Below are positions 15,310-31,135 of a DNA stretch of 64,000 nucleotides, one piece after another; the stretch's first letter is position 1; the number at the start of each line of letters is the position of its first letter. Made by a program: the position numbers and the translations under genes. This stretch comes from Flaccisagitta enflata (taxonomy: Eukaryota). Location of the stretch: contig OZ231126.1 of assembly GCA_965153355.1 (NCBI GenBank), positions 22,010,001-22,074,000 on the forward strand, in the 5' to 3' direction. A model generated the notes under the pieces. That model was not told the origin of the DNA. It ran no database searches and saw nothing but the letters and a program-made list of their open reading frames with translations.

Positions 15310-15561
15310 CGCGAAACTGAGCGTATCTTTGAGTAATTCTCCGAAATATTCAACGGTCCACGGAATGACTTCTGCCTCATGGTACTTCTCGAACTGGTCG
15401 TCAAGAATCTTGTCGACGATTTCGTTGACGAGGCCGGCGCAGAATTCCTCGTCGGTGATGAGCAATGACTCCGTCGACGGAAGCGCCGACGCAGACCTCA
15501 ATGACCTTGACGATACCTGGTTGACGGACCGCTGCTGCTGAGAACGCGGACGGGGCAGCAT
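15310..15561 (-). CDS. C2orf81/DUF4639-like protein, exon 1
   Basis: ATG at 15561. MLPRPRSQQQ...DEEFCAGLVNEIVDKILDDQFEKYHEAEVIPWTVEYFGELL resembles C2orf81 [34 protein letters not shown]. Donor GCG|GTTAGC is phase 0 and matches exon 2. Spliced product about 545 aa. An additional upstream exon is not excluded. Confidence 0.75.
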
Positions 15562-15855
15562 TTCTCTACGTGGTGCTCCGTGCAATCATTCACTTGTCAC
15601 ATGTTTTACGCCGTTTTATCTCCAAATGAGGCCAAAAGATTCATTGGGTCGTCTGTTGCGCTTGATTGACATTATGATGAACCAATCAATGATTGGAACA
15701 AGAAAATGCGTGTACACGTGAAATGAATCTTCATTTACATTTTTTTAGCACGTAAAATGTTGAGTTCAATGATTGACTTGCCTAAACGTGGACTCTTGGT
15801 ACACCTCATAAACTACTTTTTTTCAATCGTCATACATACAATTCATCAACATCAT

Positions 15856-17885
<2,030 letters not shown>

Positions 17886-18307
17886 TGGGCAAGTGTCACG
17901 CTTTGGCAGCAAGCAAGGGTGCCCGACTCTCCAACATCTTAAGAGTAACCATGCTTGAGCTATGGCTTTGAACTATAAATCAATGGTTTGATATCATCCC
18001 TAACAGTCAGGTGTACATTGTCGAACCTATTTTTGAGACACTCGTGGCCCCTAGGGGGCCCTTAATTAGGGTCAAATGGTCAAATTTGGCTTGTCTCCTG
18101 CTTGTCTCCACATGAAAAGTGCAAGCAGAAGCAATCAAAAAATGTCTACATGGACCGTATCATGACTCCTTATCATTTATTATTAATCACTTGAAACGTA
18201 CAAAAAATTTGTTTGAGCTCCGTTGACAATAAGTTCCTTTAAAACGGTTTTCTAGCGTTCAGTACACCCTCTCTATTTTTGAGCAAATTTTCACTCAGAT
18301 CACAGTA

Positions 18308-19019
18308 CAGTGAAAATCCGATATAACAGTCCTGAAGGGACTGGAGTATTTTGGTTGTTAAATCCGAATGTTGTTAAATCGAATAACAATTGTTTTTATT
18401 TTTTCTTTTCATAAAAAAAACCTAAGCAAAATGAAATAATCAAACATATATGTTTGATGAATTGTAATAGTTAAACATTTGTGTAATTGACAGGGAAACA
18501 GATTTACAGATATACCCTCCAATGGGTTTGCTTTATTACATTTATAAAATATTATTGTATAAAAATACTTGAATTATTTAGCATGGTAAAAAATACCAAA
18601 ACAAAGGAAAAATTAATTTTGATTCAAACCTCTCTTGACAAAAATGATAACAGTTGTCCATTTATGTTTCACTACTTATGTATTTGTTTTATTTCAATTT
18701 TGTGCATTTATGACTTTTTAGTCAAAAACTTCAGATGTGGTTTAGTTTTTATAATATCAAGTGTGCTCAATAATACATAATTTAAAAAAACTACTATAAA
18801 TTCTTTTAAATTGTAGATTATTGCCTTTAAATTAAATCTAAATTTTCCACAGGACTTAAAAAATAGCACCTGTAAATCAGGTTTGGCTGTTAAATCAGGT
18901 GTTGTTAAATCAGGAAAAATTAACATTATAAAAGCCTAAAAAATTTTGGGACCTAGGCATCATGGTTGTTAAATCAGAAATGCTGTTAAATCAGGTGCCG
19001 ATAAGGCAGTAGTCCACTG
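18308..19019. mobile_element. pogo/Tigger-like MITE
   Basis: TA-CAGTG...CACTG-TA termini and repeated GTTGTTAAATC subterminal motifs. A related left-end fragment lies at about 52940-53020. Confidence 0.6.
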
Positions 19020-21194
19020 TATAATAATTATTATTTTTTTAAACTTAACTTTGCTTCATAGTTAAGCATATTATATTTGTTTGTCTGAAAAACAACTACT
19101 TGAAGGGCATATTTCCCAAATTTCATGTTTCCAAGTGGCTCCAAAGCGGCTCAATTGCATTTTTTCTAGAGCGTATCAATTCGCGCACACCCCCAAACTT
19201 GATCCTAACGCATACCTGACACTTTAAATATGCCACTATAGTGTGAAAATGAAACAATTCACATAAAATCTGACCGCACCATGTAAAAGATCGTGAAATT
19301 TTGATTCTCCTCTAAAAGTTTGGAACCTCAACTCTAAGGCATTTTGTCACAATGAAATTTTACATTTTGTTGGTCCTGAAGTGTGAACAGAATTGATACG
19401 CTCATTGACGGCTCATCGTAGTTAATTCTTTGTTTCCACACAGCACTCCTCACACAAATGCTCGATGCTTTTGTGTTTTAATTTGATAAGATTTCTTAAA
19501 ATGAAAACTGGCATATCTCAGGAACTATTCGAGCTAGCCTATTGAAATTTTGCATGGTTGATACCTAGACCAAGAGGGTCTTTTGCTTAAATTCTGATGC
19601 GACCTACAGAATGTCAAGCAGTCCAACCAGACCAACCAGCCTACCAGATGAAAAAATGAAAAAATGGCATAACTTCTAAAGTAAATGTCCGATTTGGTTG
19701 AAATTTTTCATGAAACTTCCTTTAAAGATTCCTCGTCACTGGCGTAAAAACATCAGGGACTTCGGGCCGTAAGTAGATTCTGAGTGAGAAACTAGTCGTT
19801 AGACAAATGATCCTCGTCACGGAGCGACTTTTTTTTCTTTCTCCGCATTTATTATTAAACGAGATGCGAGAAAAACTTTTGTCGGCCAATTGCGCATAAT
19901 TATCGACTTTAATGAATCTCAAGAAAGTCGCGTGATGAATGGTAAATAGAAATTGACATTCGCAGCAGGGGACCAAAAAAAAAAGGTGGACCGCTCGCAT
20001 GTTGTGACTTTCATATTTGAGGAATTTGGCCTCCCTCATGCTTACTGCTACGTTCTAGATAACCAGAATTCGGCAATCGCATTGAAAGAGTCAAAAAAGG
20101 GGCATCGGGGAGCGTGTTTTAATATCCCCGCGGTCGGACGCTCAGGCTAGAATTAATTTTATAGTCGCATGGTACACTACACCCCGCTATGTTCACCCAT
20201 TTGTCCATTGGTCGGTCCTTTTTTAGTTGCAGACACGCAACTCCATAAGAGTCTTTGTCCGTCTGTCGGTCCGTCCGTTGGTCCGTAATGATCGAGTCGA
20301 AAAGTAGGAGAACGCGCATTTCCGCCCCTGCCCACCCGTCCGCAACTGGCGTGTGGCCGTGTATCCAGCCTTGGTATTTTATTTGCGCATATGAGCTTTC
20401 CTTAATCACCACTTCCGTCAAAATGTGTTTCACCTTCTAGAGAAAAGAGATAGAAAAAGCATAGCGTTTTTTAGTTGCGGACACGCAACTCTATAAGAGG
20501 CTTTGTCCATCCTTCCGTTGGTCTGTCTGTTGGTCCGTAATGATCGAGTCGAAAAGTGGGAAAACGCGCATTTCTGCCCCTGCCCACCCGTCCGCAACTG
20601 GTGGCCGTCTATCCGGCCTTGTTTATGATTATATCATTTAAACCAAAATCATTTGCGTCTGACATTGGGACCTGATGCCCCGCTTATTTGCTGTTGCGGA
20701 TGGTTAAAACCTTACCATGAACTAACAAGATGATGAAAACGACGATGAAGATAACCATAAAAACAACAACGAGGCCGACGCTAATTAATGAAAACGACGC
20801 TGATAAAGAAGACGCTGATAAAGAAGACGACGACAAATGGTGATAGGCAACATTGACAAAGACGTTAATGATGACCTAAATGATGGAGGACATCAATGTC
20901 TAAACTTGCTCGGACCAAAGCATCAATGGTAAACATGGAAGTAAGTTCGGAACCCATAAACCGGTAAAATTTCCCTCTCATATAGTCAAATATGCTCCTT
21001 ACTATCCATGATCCATGATTAATTAAGTTGATAACAATCTGACAAAGTTATGTTACTGTTACAGACATGAGAAAATCGCTATTTGATCTAACAGAAAGAA
21101 GTTCCGCGCAATCGACCAAATACGCAAGTTGATGGAGATTTCGCCTCTTCCGAGGATTTGTAACTAGCAACTGTCTCCGTGTCACCGTGTCTAC

Positions 21195-21296
<102 letters not shown>

Positions 21297-22401
21297 TATT
21301 AATTCACACTATTTACGAAGCGTCAGAATACTTGCACACGCGCTTGTACAGGGACGAATTATCACTCCTGCTCAAAAGTAATCACACACGTATATGACAT
21401 CAGGATCCACGTTAATGGCCGCGGCGTGTGAGGACAACAGCGAATTTGTCGTGTGGATTTTCCAACTTTGAGAACGGTGTGTAAAAAGAAATGTTACTTA
21501 AACCGACAGACATGCAGACAAGAACTCAAAGACCCACATGCATAGCAAAAACACACAGGTACAGGTTGGCACATGAGAAGTTATTCAGCGGCTTCCTTTG
21601 TCACCTGCGCTACATTGGGCAACTCGTCTACGTAGTTCGAAGCGTCAAAGACACATTGGATATGACATTGATGTGACATCATTTTTCGATTGTTACTTGC
21701 AGACTTGCAATACTAAAGGAGACTTTGTGCGTCCGTTGATCTGTTTGTCTGTCACGCTTTTCTTGAAAACGCAAAAACGTGCATTTATGATACTGTAGTT
21801 GTGATTGTCCTGAGAAGGGGTGGGTGAGGTGAGGATGGGGGTCGGACGCCGCTGTCCACGGGTCTGGGACGTTACGCGTCACTTGTTGAATTTTGTTAAT
21901 GTGAATTTTGTTAATGTGAATTTTGTGATTGTGAATTTTGTTTTGGCCGAATGTTACATTCGCGCGATTGGCTACCGGGGGTAATAGTATTTAGTTGTGC
22001 TTTACTAACCAGTTTTTATGATTAGGTACTGCCAAGAATTATATTTTCCCCCAAATTGTCTTTTTTTCTCTTTTTTTCCCTCCTTGATTCCCTTCCCCAT
22101 CTCCAAACCCTTTGATTTCCCCCCCCCCCCACTGGGGAGGGGAACACTCAATCATATACAGGCCTGCATATTTATTTGTTACTTATGAGCACGTTTTGGT
22201 TTTGGATGGGTGAAAAGAAGGGTAAGGCAAATTTAAGACTTACGAGTGTTATTTTTATGGGTTTTATGGTTTTATGGGTTTTGTGGGTTTGGTGAGGCCA
22301 ATTCAAGACCGCATAGGTAGATTCTGGTGGACGAACAGGGTAAATTACCGAAATGTGTTTTAATCCTGCTGTACTTTCGTTATTTTGATTGTGCGTGTCA
22401 G

Positions 22402-22913
22402 TTGGGCGCTTCACATAGCAAAAGTTGGTTATTTCTTTTCACCCTCTTTATCTAATGTGGAGTAGCCAATTTTAGGACCCTTACAATTTTTTTTATCAAA
22501 AACGGGTAATCTTCCGTTTTTTAGAAAATTGCTTATGAGAACCTATTTTGCAAAATGCACTGGGATAAAACAATATGCTGACACTGTTTGAATTAACTTT
22601 TACAAATTTCTACTCTTCGTAGAATTGTAATTCTGCCTTTTCATAAGCTCCTTCATAGCTTATGTTCGCATGTTTTTATTTATTTTCACCAACATCATGA
22701 TTTTCTAAGATAGAGGATTGTCCTTTTTGTAACAAAACTAAACAGGATTTTGCTGAATTTTGGGAAATCTGTGGAAACTTCAATGCCAATACAAAAACGG
22801 AAGATGAAGGAATTTTGAAAAAAAAAAATGGTCATCTTCATGATTTTTGCTCCTCCACATTACCTAAGTAGGGTGAAGGGATACTCCCAACTTTTGCAAT
22901 GTGAAGCACCCAA
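22402..22913. mobile_element. MULE/Mutator-like MITE
   Basis: TTGGGCGCTTCACATAGCAAAAGTTGG mirrored by CCAACTTTTGCAATGTGAAGCACCCAA. 9-bp TSD GCGTGTCAG (22393-22401, 22914-22922). Confidence 0.75.
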
Positions 22914-25900
22914 GCGTGTCAGTGTATGTTTCGCTGTCGTTTTCAGGTTTTCATATTTATGCTCTTATCAAATTGATTCATGTTCAAAGAAATACAAATA
23001 AAATGCATCAATCATGAATTATGAATAATGATTTTGTATCAACTGATAAATGCTCGGCGGAAGCCCTACGTACTGTTGCAGGTTGTGGGCTATTAGCGAT
23101 TGGTCTAGTTAGCTAGTTATGGTAACGTTTGAAAGGTTCCCGAGCATCAAGAGCAGAAAGAAATTTGAACTATTTGACCATTATATTAATCGGTAGACTT
23201 TCAGTCGATTCTGTCCAGGACACGGTATGCGTAGTTAAGTATCTAGGCGAGTTTTTTCATTGTTGACAAACCATCTCAGGAACTTACGAGCAATTGTTCC
23301 CGATGAAAGAGCTTGGGGAAAAAATATTTTCTTCCAACAGCCCACCCAGCCAGAAATGGTACTTATAGAGATTTTTTTAAAAACTAAAAAAATTCAAAAA
23401 AAATTCAGAAACATGATCTCACATGATTGCTTGAACCTTATCAATAAGAATTTCACTGTCATATTGATTTCTTAGTTATATTTTGCTAAATTTTCTAGTA
23501 ATGAAATTGCCAACAATATCTATTTAAGCCTAATTTGCATGAAAAATGAGCTTACTTAAGAAAATCCAAGTATGGATTCATATGTAAGAATAGGTAAGCT
23601 ACATGATGACGTATGGTTCTGTTCAATATTCAAACATGTAAATTTGATGAATTTCATCCCGTCCATGGTTGGGTAAGCGTGACACAAGCCTATGATGGTT
23701 ATGATGTTGATTCGATTTCAATTTTGTTTCCATAGGGTAGGCGGCGAAAACCGCGGGGATTAAAAAGCTCGTTCATAATGCACTTTCAGTTCTCTGAGTA
23801 AAGTGAGGACGCTGAATAAAATTGTGATAATGAAAAATGTTCAGCATTACTGGTTTAGATGTTTTACAAACTTTTCTTATGTAAAACATAGAGAAAAAAA
23901 GCAACACTTATCCTAAGACTTTTTTTTAAAGCTCATCTCCACTGAAATTATTTCTTAGAGTTGATCTTTCAATGTATCATTGCGCGCCAAGAAAGACAGA
24001 GAGACTGACTGAAATCAAGAAAAAAATATACAGACGGATACTCAGATGAGCAGAGAGTGCATTTCTTTACTAAATGTGAATCCCACTGCATGCAGCAGGC
24101 TGTCTTGCAATATAGCGCCATGAAAAAAAAATGTTTTGGTGAGAGGTGATACCTGTGCGTAACTCGCCACAGTATAGTGAGACAGCAATGATGACAAGGA
24201 AAATCGCACCTTAAAAATCATCTTTACATATGTCTTCATCCGAGTAAGGAAATAGATCTAGAGTGAAAAGTGAAATATCTTCCAAACCTGATGAGTGACA
24301 TTGATGAAAAAAAGAATGACCATTATATCAATGAAACACTTCAGCTTAAAAAAGAAATTGAAATCCTACTCTTAAGTTGACCTTTAAGTCCCTGGACTTT
24401 AACTCCGAACGCATGAACAAGAAATTGTGTCCAATGTCATGTTAGTAAATTTGATATTTAAAATCAGTGTCGCTTTGATCTGTTGTTTTTTGGACGAAAT
24501 CCAAAGCTAATCAACGCGCTCTATCCATGGGTGCCACTCGCGCGATTACAGAAGCTGGCGTTTGGCCGTCGTGGCGCTATCTTACACGCAGTTGAATTCA
24601 ATTTCAGAGCAAAATCAGAAGTGTTTCACGCGACAAGCGATATTACTTCAAGCCCCACATAGGGGTAGCTAGCAAGACGCACTTGCTCGACAATTTTCAT
24701 TGTGAATGAATTCGATTTTTTCTTTTTCATTTTAGTTATTGATTTTGTTATGCTTTGACATGTTTCGGACATAAATGTTAGTTGTACCAATTGCATTTCT
24801 TGTTTTATGTTGGTACTTTTTCAATAGAAATCGAAAATTGCGTGTGAGTATCGAACATGCCCAATAGGCCAACAGTCGAGTGCTCCGTCTCACAATTACC
24901 AATAACTGCATACATACATACCCTTTCCTTCTTTCCTTCCCCCTACCCTTCGTTCCTTCTTCCCCTCCATCCATCCTTCCTCCCTCCCTTCCTTCCTTGC
25001 TTTCTTCCTTCCTTCCTCCCTACATTCCTCCCTACCTACCTTACTTGCAACAATTGATAAATCTGTATTTACATAATCACGTACTAATATAAGTACATTA
25101 GTTGTAGCAAATTCAATTTTAAGCAATGTTTCTCAAAATATTGATATTTTAGCATAAATACATGGAAAAGCGTTTCCATGGCAACCAAGTATCATGGGGA
25201 ATAAATCATTGCTTTATTAGTTTATATTCCAAATATCAGCCCTCTAGTTAGATTTGTTCTTCCATAGTGCTTGCCCCCGTTATCTCAAGTCTAGACGAGT
25301 TCTACTGTAACTTTATTACATAACGTAATTACATAATCTCATGACAGAAATTTTACTCTGTAGTCTGTACTAACTTGGAAGTCTTAGCTTCTGCTTCTTC
25401 TTACTGTATTATATATAATTACATAAAATTCATAATATCAAAATTATATAACCACAATTACAATTCAAAATAGTCATAAATTGCCCAAAGAGCCTTAATT
25501 TTGAAAAAAAACTATGGACCGACTGAAATACTTACCAACATCTAGAGTCGCGTGCATGCGACTTAAAACAAAAACTCATTGTGTTTATGAATTTTGATCA
25601 TTCAAATCGTAATTCTATTTCAATCTCGATGACTTACGGCAAAAAATTGAAAATCATGTCGTCCAATTGCCTCCCCTATACATAAACAAGCCCAACAGTG
25701 CTATGCGCGAGTCCTCCGTTATACAATTACACACACAACTACTAAATTGCTTAATTACTAAATTACATAATTTCCTAATTATATAATCATAGATTACATT
25801 ATTTCATGATTATTTACCAGTAATGGCGGCTGTCGCCGTGAGGAAAAAAGTCGTAAGCATTGATCACTTTTCAACAAGCTTTTGTCTTCAGTCCCTGCAA

Positions 25901-26412
25901 ATATTTTTAATTTGTTAGATCAAATCAAGAGCAATTGTATGTATTAATTGCACTGAAAATAAAAGAAAAAAAGAACTGAGCAAAATGAGCTAGATGAGCT
26001 AAAATACTCACAATCACTTCACCAGATAACCAGCAATGCTTACTGACATGCTTTCTTGCATTTGCATGCTCAATTAAAACATTATCTTATTTAAAATCAG
26101 AAAAAAAGACTGAGCTAAATGAGCTAGAAAACTTAAAAACACCCACACAAATGGGCAGCTCTGCTCACTGAAAAGCTGCTTGCTTAAACAGGTATCAAAA
26201 TATTTATTCATTTATTATATTCAAAATCAAAAAAAAAAAAAAAAAAAAAAAGACTGAGTGAAAAAAGAGTTAAAATGCTCAGAGATGAGCAGCTATGCTC
26301 ATAAACATGTTTTCTTGTATTTGCATGCTCAAACAAACATAAATACACTTCTTTATTGATCCAACTTAAAATCATAAATTATCGAAAAAAATTCAGATTG
26401 AATTTTTTGTTA

Positions 26413-26625
26413 AACAAGGCCGGATACACGGCTACCCCAGTCGCGTGCGGGTGGGCAGGGGCCATATTTGAGGTCAGTGGAGCATTTGGGCAGGAGCGGT
26501 ATAGCCAAAAACCGCATAGATGCTGAAAAAGTAAAGTGTGACAGACCGACGGACGGATGGACAGACCGACCAACGGACCGATGGACCAACAAAGCGGGGT
26601 GTAGAGTCGCGTAGCACGCAACTAA
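26413..26625 (-). mobile_element. Helentron-associated/DINE-1-like (HINE) repeat, representative copy of the dominant family
   Basis: T-run, subTIR AGT(C/T)GCGTG with adjacent inverted copy ACGCGACT, (GTCC/GTCG)n microsatellite, 3' CACGCGACT, stem-loop GCCG-TGTATC-CGGC, then CTTGTT; no TSD. Related copies at about 1567-1697, 13590-14075, 14507-14762, 20157-20375, 20468-20623, 27862-28080, 28095-28446, 30237-30425, 42714-42946, 43895-44025, 46722-47081, 47400-47570, 47754-47900, 49775-49974, 50707-50866, 53975-54110 and 56150-56355. Confidence 0.75.
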
Positions 26626-27155
26626 AATTTTTTGAAAATTATAGTGCAAAAGATATTTGTCATAGAGCATTTTGCTTGGCGCCAAATGAAAAAGAATCAT
26701 CAAATTTACTTACCCTATCAATTTTGTTGGAGGGACCAATCAACCGGTTCAGATTGACATATATTCTAATAAGAAAATAAAAAGTATGTTTCTCTCGAAT
26801 ATGTAAAGAAGTCGAAGACTGACTTCGACTTTTTTCCCGATTAAGGTACATAGATTACATTATTACATGATTATTTATTAAGGCAATTACAATTAGAAAA
26901 AAACTTAGAAATGCCCAAAATGTCTGTGGACCGACCGACCGACCATTTGCTGTCAAGATTATGTTATTATTGTTTTTGCAGGTGGATGGGGTTTTTGATA
27001 TATGCAGATAGAAAGTAAAAGCTGCTTGCAAATGGACGAAATCTTATGACCGCAATAAGCCCAACCTACCCAACAGTTGCTTTTTCTTCTCATAGCCAAA
27101 ATGCACATCCGAACGATCTTGATGATTCTCTGTATAAGCAAACTGATAAAATGCA

Positions 27156-27376
27156 ATGAAGAAGGCGATGGTAAGTCGTGTTAACAAGGCCGGATTGACG
27201 GCTATCCAAGTAGAGGGAGGTGTTAAGTTGAAAGTACTTAACCCGGCCATTTTTCCATGTAAGAACAACATATAAGATGGGAATGACATGAAAACTCAAC
27301 CATTTATCATCAGAAGGGTCGGCGCACTGCACTTGTTAGTTCGTGGGATTATCCCTGACCTCATTTGCATATTGCG
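27156..27376 (+). CDS. Tentative signal-peptide micro-exons (27156-27170, 27340-27376) of the Cys-rich gene
   Basis: ATG AAG AAG GCG ATG|GTAAGT ... TTGTTAG|TTC GTG GGA TTA...TGC G|GT gives MKKAMFVGLSLTSFAYCG, in phase with the exon at 29709. Caveat: the second piece overlaps a CTCATTTGCATATTGC motif that also occurs in repeats (e.g. near 6757). Confidence 0.3.
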
Positions 27377-28292
27377 GTTTTGCGTTTTTCGCTTATCACG
27401 GCCATGTTTTTTTAAGTAAATCGATGAAATTCATACTGAAAGCATATTTTACCCTAAGAAATTGTTCCAAAACATCAGTTTTGACAATTTTTTAATTTTT
27501 AGGTCATTTCTTCATTTTTGAGCATTTTAATGCTATTTTTGAACCTCATAGACCGATTCAAAATTGTTCTAGAGTCACTCAAATATCAATTACTATTGGG
27601 ACTTTATGTTTCTGTAAAAAAAAAGTCAAAAACATTTCATTTAATACCATTTTTTTAGGAAAAATAGCCGTTTTTTGCAATAAAAACCGTTTCTTTTTTT
27701 TTTGGCTCAAGTTAGGTCAAAATGAACATCAGAATCTTGTTCTACAACCATTTTAGGTCCCCTGTGCAAAAATCTGGGATGGGTCCATTTTTTTTTTTTT
27801 AAGAATTTTGCGTGTGAGACTTCTGGCCGAAAAGGTTTATTTATAATAAATTTGATAACATTTTTAGTCGCGTGCTACGCGACTCTACACCCCGCTTTGT
27901 CGGTCCGTCCGTCTGTCTGTCCGTCCATCCGTCTATCCTTCCGTCAGTCTGTCCGTCACACATTACTTTGCGTTTTTGTGGTCTTTGGCCTCACAGCTCC
28001 AGCCCAAATGATCAAGTGACCTAAAATATGGCCCCTGCCCACCCGCACGCAACTGGGGTAGCCGTGTATCCGGCCTTGTTTTCAAAATTACAGTTTTTAG
28101 ATGCGTCCACGCATCTCTATAAGAGGCTTTGTCCGTCCGTCCGTCCGTCCGTCCGTCCGTCCGTCCGTCCGTCCGTCCGTCCGTCCGTCCGTCCGTCCGT
28201 CGGTTGGTCCGTCACGCTCGAGTTGAAAACGATCGCAAATGATCGCAAAGTCGATTTCATCATTCTAGGATCTGACATAGGGATGATGCAAT

Positions 28293-28364
<72 letters not shown>

Positions 28365-29391
28365 TGTCTGTTTTAATTTTGATAAGAATGTCATTTACGA
28401 GCTAAGCCGCATGTGGACGCATCGTTGTACCCCCGGGGTACTTGTTCCATGTGCTCTCTCTTTATTGAAAAGGAATGGGGCGCTAATTAGAGGGGGGGGG
28501 GGTGATAGATGCAGGAAATACGGTATGATATTAAGAAACTTTGCTGTTGACCACTGTCTTGAAAAGGTTAGGCAGACGGAGATAGAACAAGTGCTATGTC
28601 TGTCGGTTATTCCATTGGTCCATAACGCTTTTTTTTCGGCGTAAAAGGGCTGTTTTTGCTTTTCTGCCCTTGCCCAAATACTTAATGAGCCTTTTTGGGC
28701 AGCGGCCCCAAAGGGCCGATGTCCAGTAGGATACAGGGGTGAATTTCCATACCTCCATCTGTCCGTCCGTCCTTTCATATGTCCGTCCGTCCGTCCACAC
28801 CCCCTCCTGAAGCTTCTCATGCCTCAAATTCCCATTGAATAACATGGAAAATTTTCAAAAAAGCAAAAAAATGCATGTTTCCCATTAAATAACATGGAAA
28901 ATTGATGAAAACTAAGAAAAATGTAAAATTCCTATTAAGTAACATGGCAAATTGACAAGAAATTGAAAAAAATGCAAAATTCCCATTGAATATTGTGGAA
29001 AATTGCTACTATGGCCTCAAATATGCCCTCTCACGACATATGGAATTTCACCCCTGTGTCGCACAGGACATCGGCCCTTTGGGGCCACTGCCCTGCTCTC
29101 ACTCCACTTCTTCAGCTAATCACTCCAAGCAGGGCATTGGGTACCGCTGACCATGTGCGATCCTTGGATGACTTGTTAACACTGTCCCTGCCCATCCGCA
29201 CGCGACTTGGGAAGCCGTGTATCCTGGCTTGTTTTGATGTTCAGAAAGAGCAATTTTAAAGTGCGGCATCGCATTTCTATAAGAGGTCATGTCCGTCCGT
29301 TGGTCTGTTAGTCAGGCAAACGTTTGAAATGTGCAAAACGGCTGATTCTGACGTCTTTCTTCATTCCTATTGACCTCTCATGCCTTTCCAC

Positions 29392-29692
29392 ATTCATTCA
29401 TTCATTCATTCATTCATTCATTCATTCATTCATTCATTCATCCATTCATTCATTCATTCATTCATTCATTCATTCATTCATTCATTCATTCATTCATTTT
29501 TTCATTCATTCATTCATTCATTTATTGGTTCATTCATTCATTCATTCATTCATTCAATAATTCATTCATTCGTACATTCATTCATTCATTCATTCAATCA
29601 TTCATTCATTCATTCATTCATTCATTCATTCACTCATTCATTCATTCATTCATTCATTCATTCATTCATTCATTCATTCATTCATTCACTCA
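29392..29692. repeat. (CATT)n microsatellite
   Basis: Directly visible. Confidence 0.95.
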
Positions 29693-29708
29693 TGAATTTT
29701 TTACATAG

Positions 29709-29894
29709 GAATTCTCGAACATTATGACTACCTACGTCATGAAAACGAAGAATGCTGGAATAAAGGAGGATGCAGAGGAGGCGGAGGAGAGTGTCCCTAC
29801 TGTGGAATCGGCGTTTGCTGTAGACGCGGATGGACGAATGGTCGAGAATGCGTTGGCATTAATGGCTGCAAATTCAAACATTGTTGCGTAAAAA
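29709..29894 (+). CDS. Exon encoding a 10-cysteine extracellular module (absent from the ORF track)
   Basis: TTTTTTACATAG|GA ATT...GTA AAA A|GTACGT, phase 1-1. Reads GILEHYDYLRHENEECWNKGGCRGGGGECPYCGIGVCCRRGWTNGRECVGINGCKFKHCCVK with no stops. Confidence 0.75.
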
Positions 29895-29992
29895 GTACGT
29901 CTTATTGATTTCACATTAGAGCTTTTATCTCAAAATCTTGAGAAAATTTTCTCATATTGTCTTGGTATTGCTTCAAATCTGCGCAAGTAACC

Positions 29993-30233
<241 letters not shown>

Positions 30234-30581
30234 GAAACAAGGGCAGATACACGGCTACCCCAGTTGCGTGTGGGTGGGCGGGTAGGGGCTGTTTTTGAGG
30301 TCAATAGATCATTTGGGCCGGAGTAATGAGCCCAAAGACTGCAAAAAAAAACATAATAAGTAAAAATGTCACAGACCGATTGACCAACGGACAAAGTGGG
30401 ATTTAGAGTCGCGTAGCATTCGACCAAAGAACTGTTGGTATTCCTCAAAAGAAAGGCAGTCATTGAAATCGCTCTAAAGAATTTGGAGAAAGAACCTTTT
30501 TAAGGTGCAAAGCAAACCAAACCCTCTCATCAAAAGGTCTTTCACTCATTGTTCCTATCGTTGCGTCCTCTCTCGATGCAG

Positions 30582-30775
30582 AATTAGATGTCATCGTCAA
30601 AGAAAAGTTGGACAATCATATAAATGGCATGAAGTTAAATGGTAAAAGCTACGTTATGATTCCATTCGACCAAAAGTCGGTTGATAATCAACGCTCAACG
30701 CGGTTCGTAAATTGGCAACTCGCTCCAAGTATGTACAACCTACATAAAAAAAAGTTGGTCGGCGAGCTCAACTAG
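30582..30775 (+). CDS. Next exon of the Cys-rich gene, resembling the start of a C-type-lectin-like domain; ends at TAG unless spliced earlier
   Basis: Acceptor CCTCTCTCGATGCAG|AA is phase 1 and compatible with the previous exon. Reads LDVIVKEKLDNHINGMKLNGKSYVMIP...FVNWQLAPSMY..KLVGELN*. Frames downstream of the stop are broken. Confidence 0.5.
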
Positions 30776-31135
30776 ACACTCCATCTATTTCAGTTTGGGT
30801 TTAGTAAGGGATATTGTTCCACTTGTCAAACTACTCAGTACCTTGGATTAGAATGTCCGGCGGTTGTATTATGCTTGACCTCGATTCAATCCTTTGAGGG
30901 TATGGTTTCTTAACAATGTTGCCCTTGGGTGATGTATCAAATCATGGTAACACAAGTAACAATCATTTGCCTTCAACTACTTCTGGTGAGCAGTACGCTT
31001 TTTGGTTACGTGAGGCAGATTGTTTTTCAGATTCTGTTTTTAGGAAAACTAAGAATGGTGCGCGAATGAATTAGTCAATGAGGGTTCACACGGCCCTCTT
31101 CCAATTTTTTCAGTTTGGGTATAGTGAGGGATATA

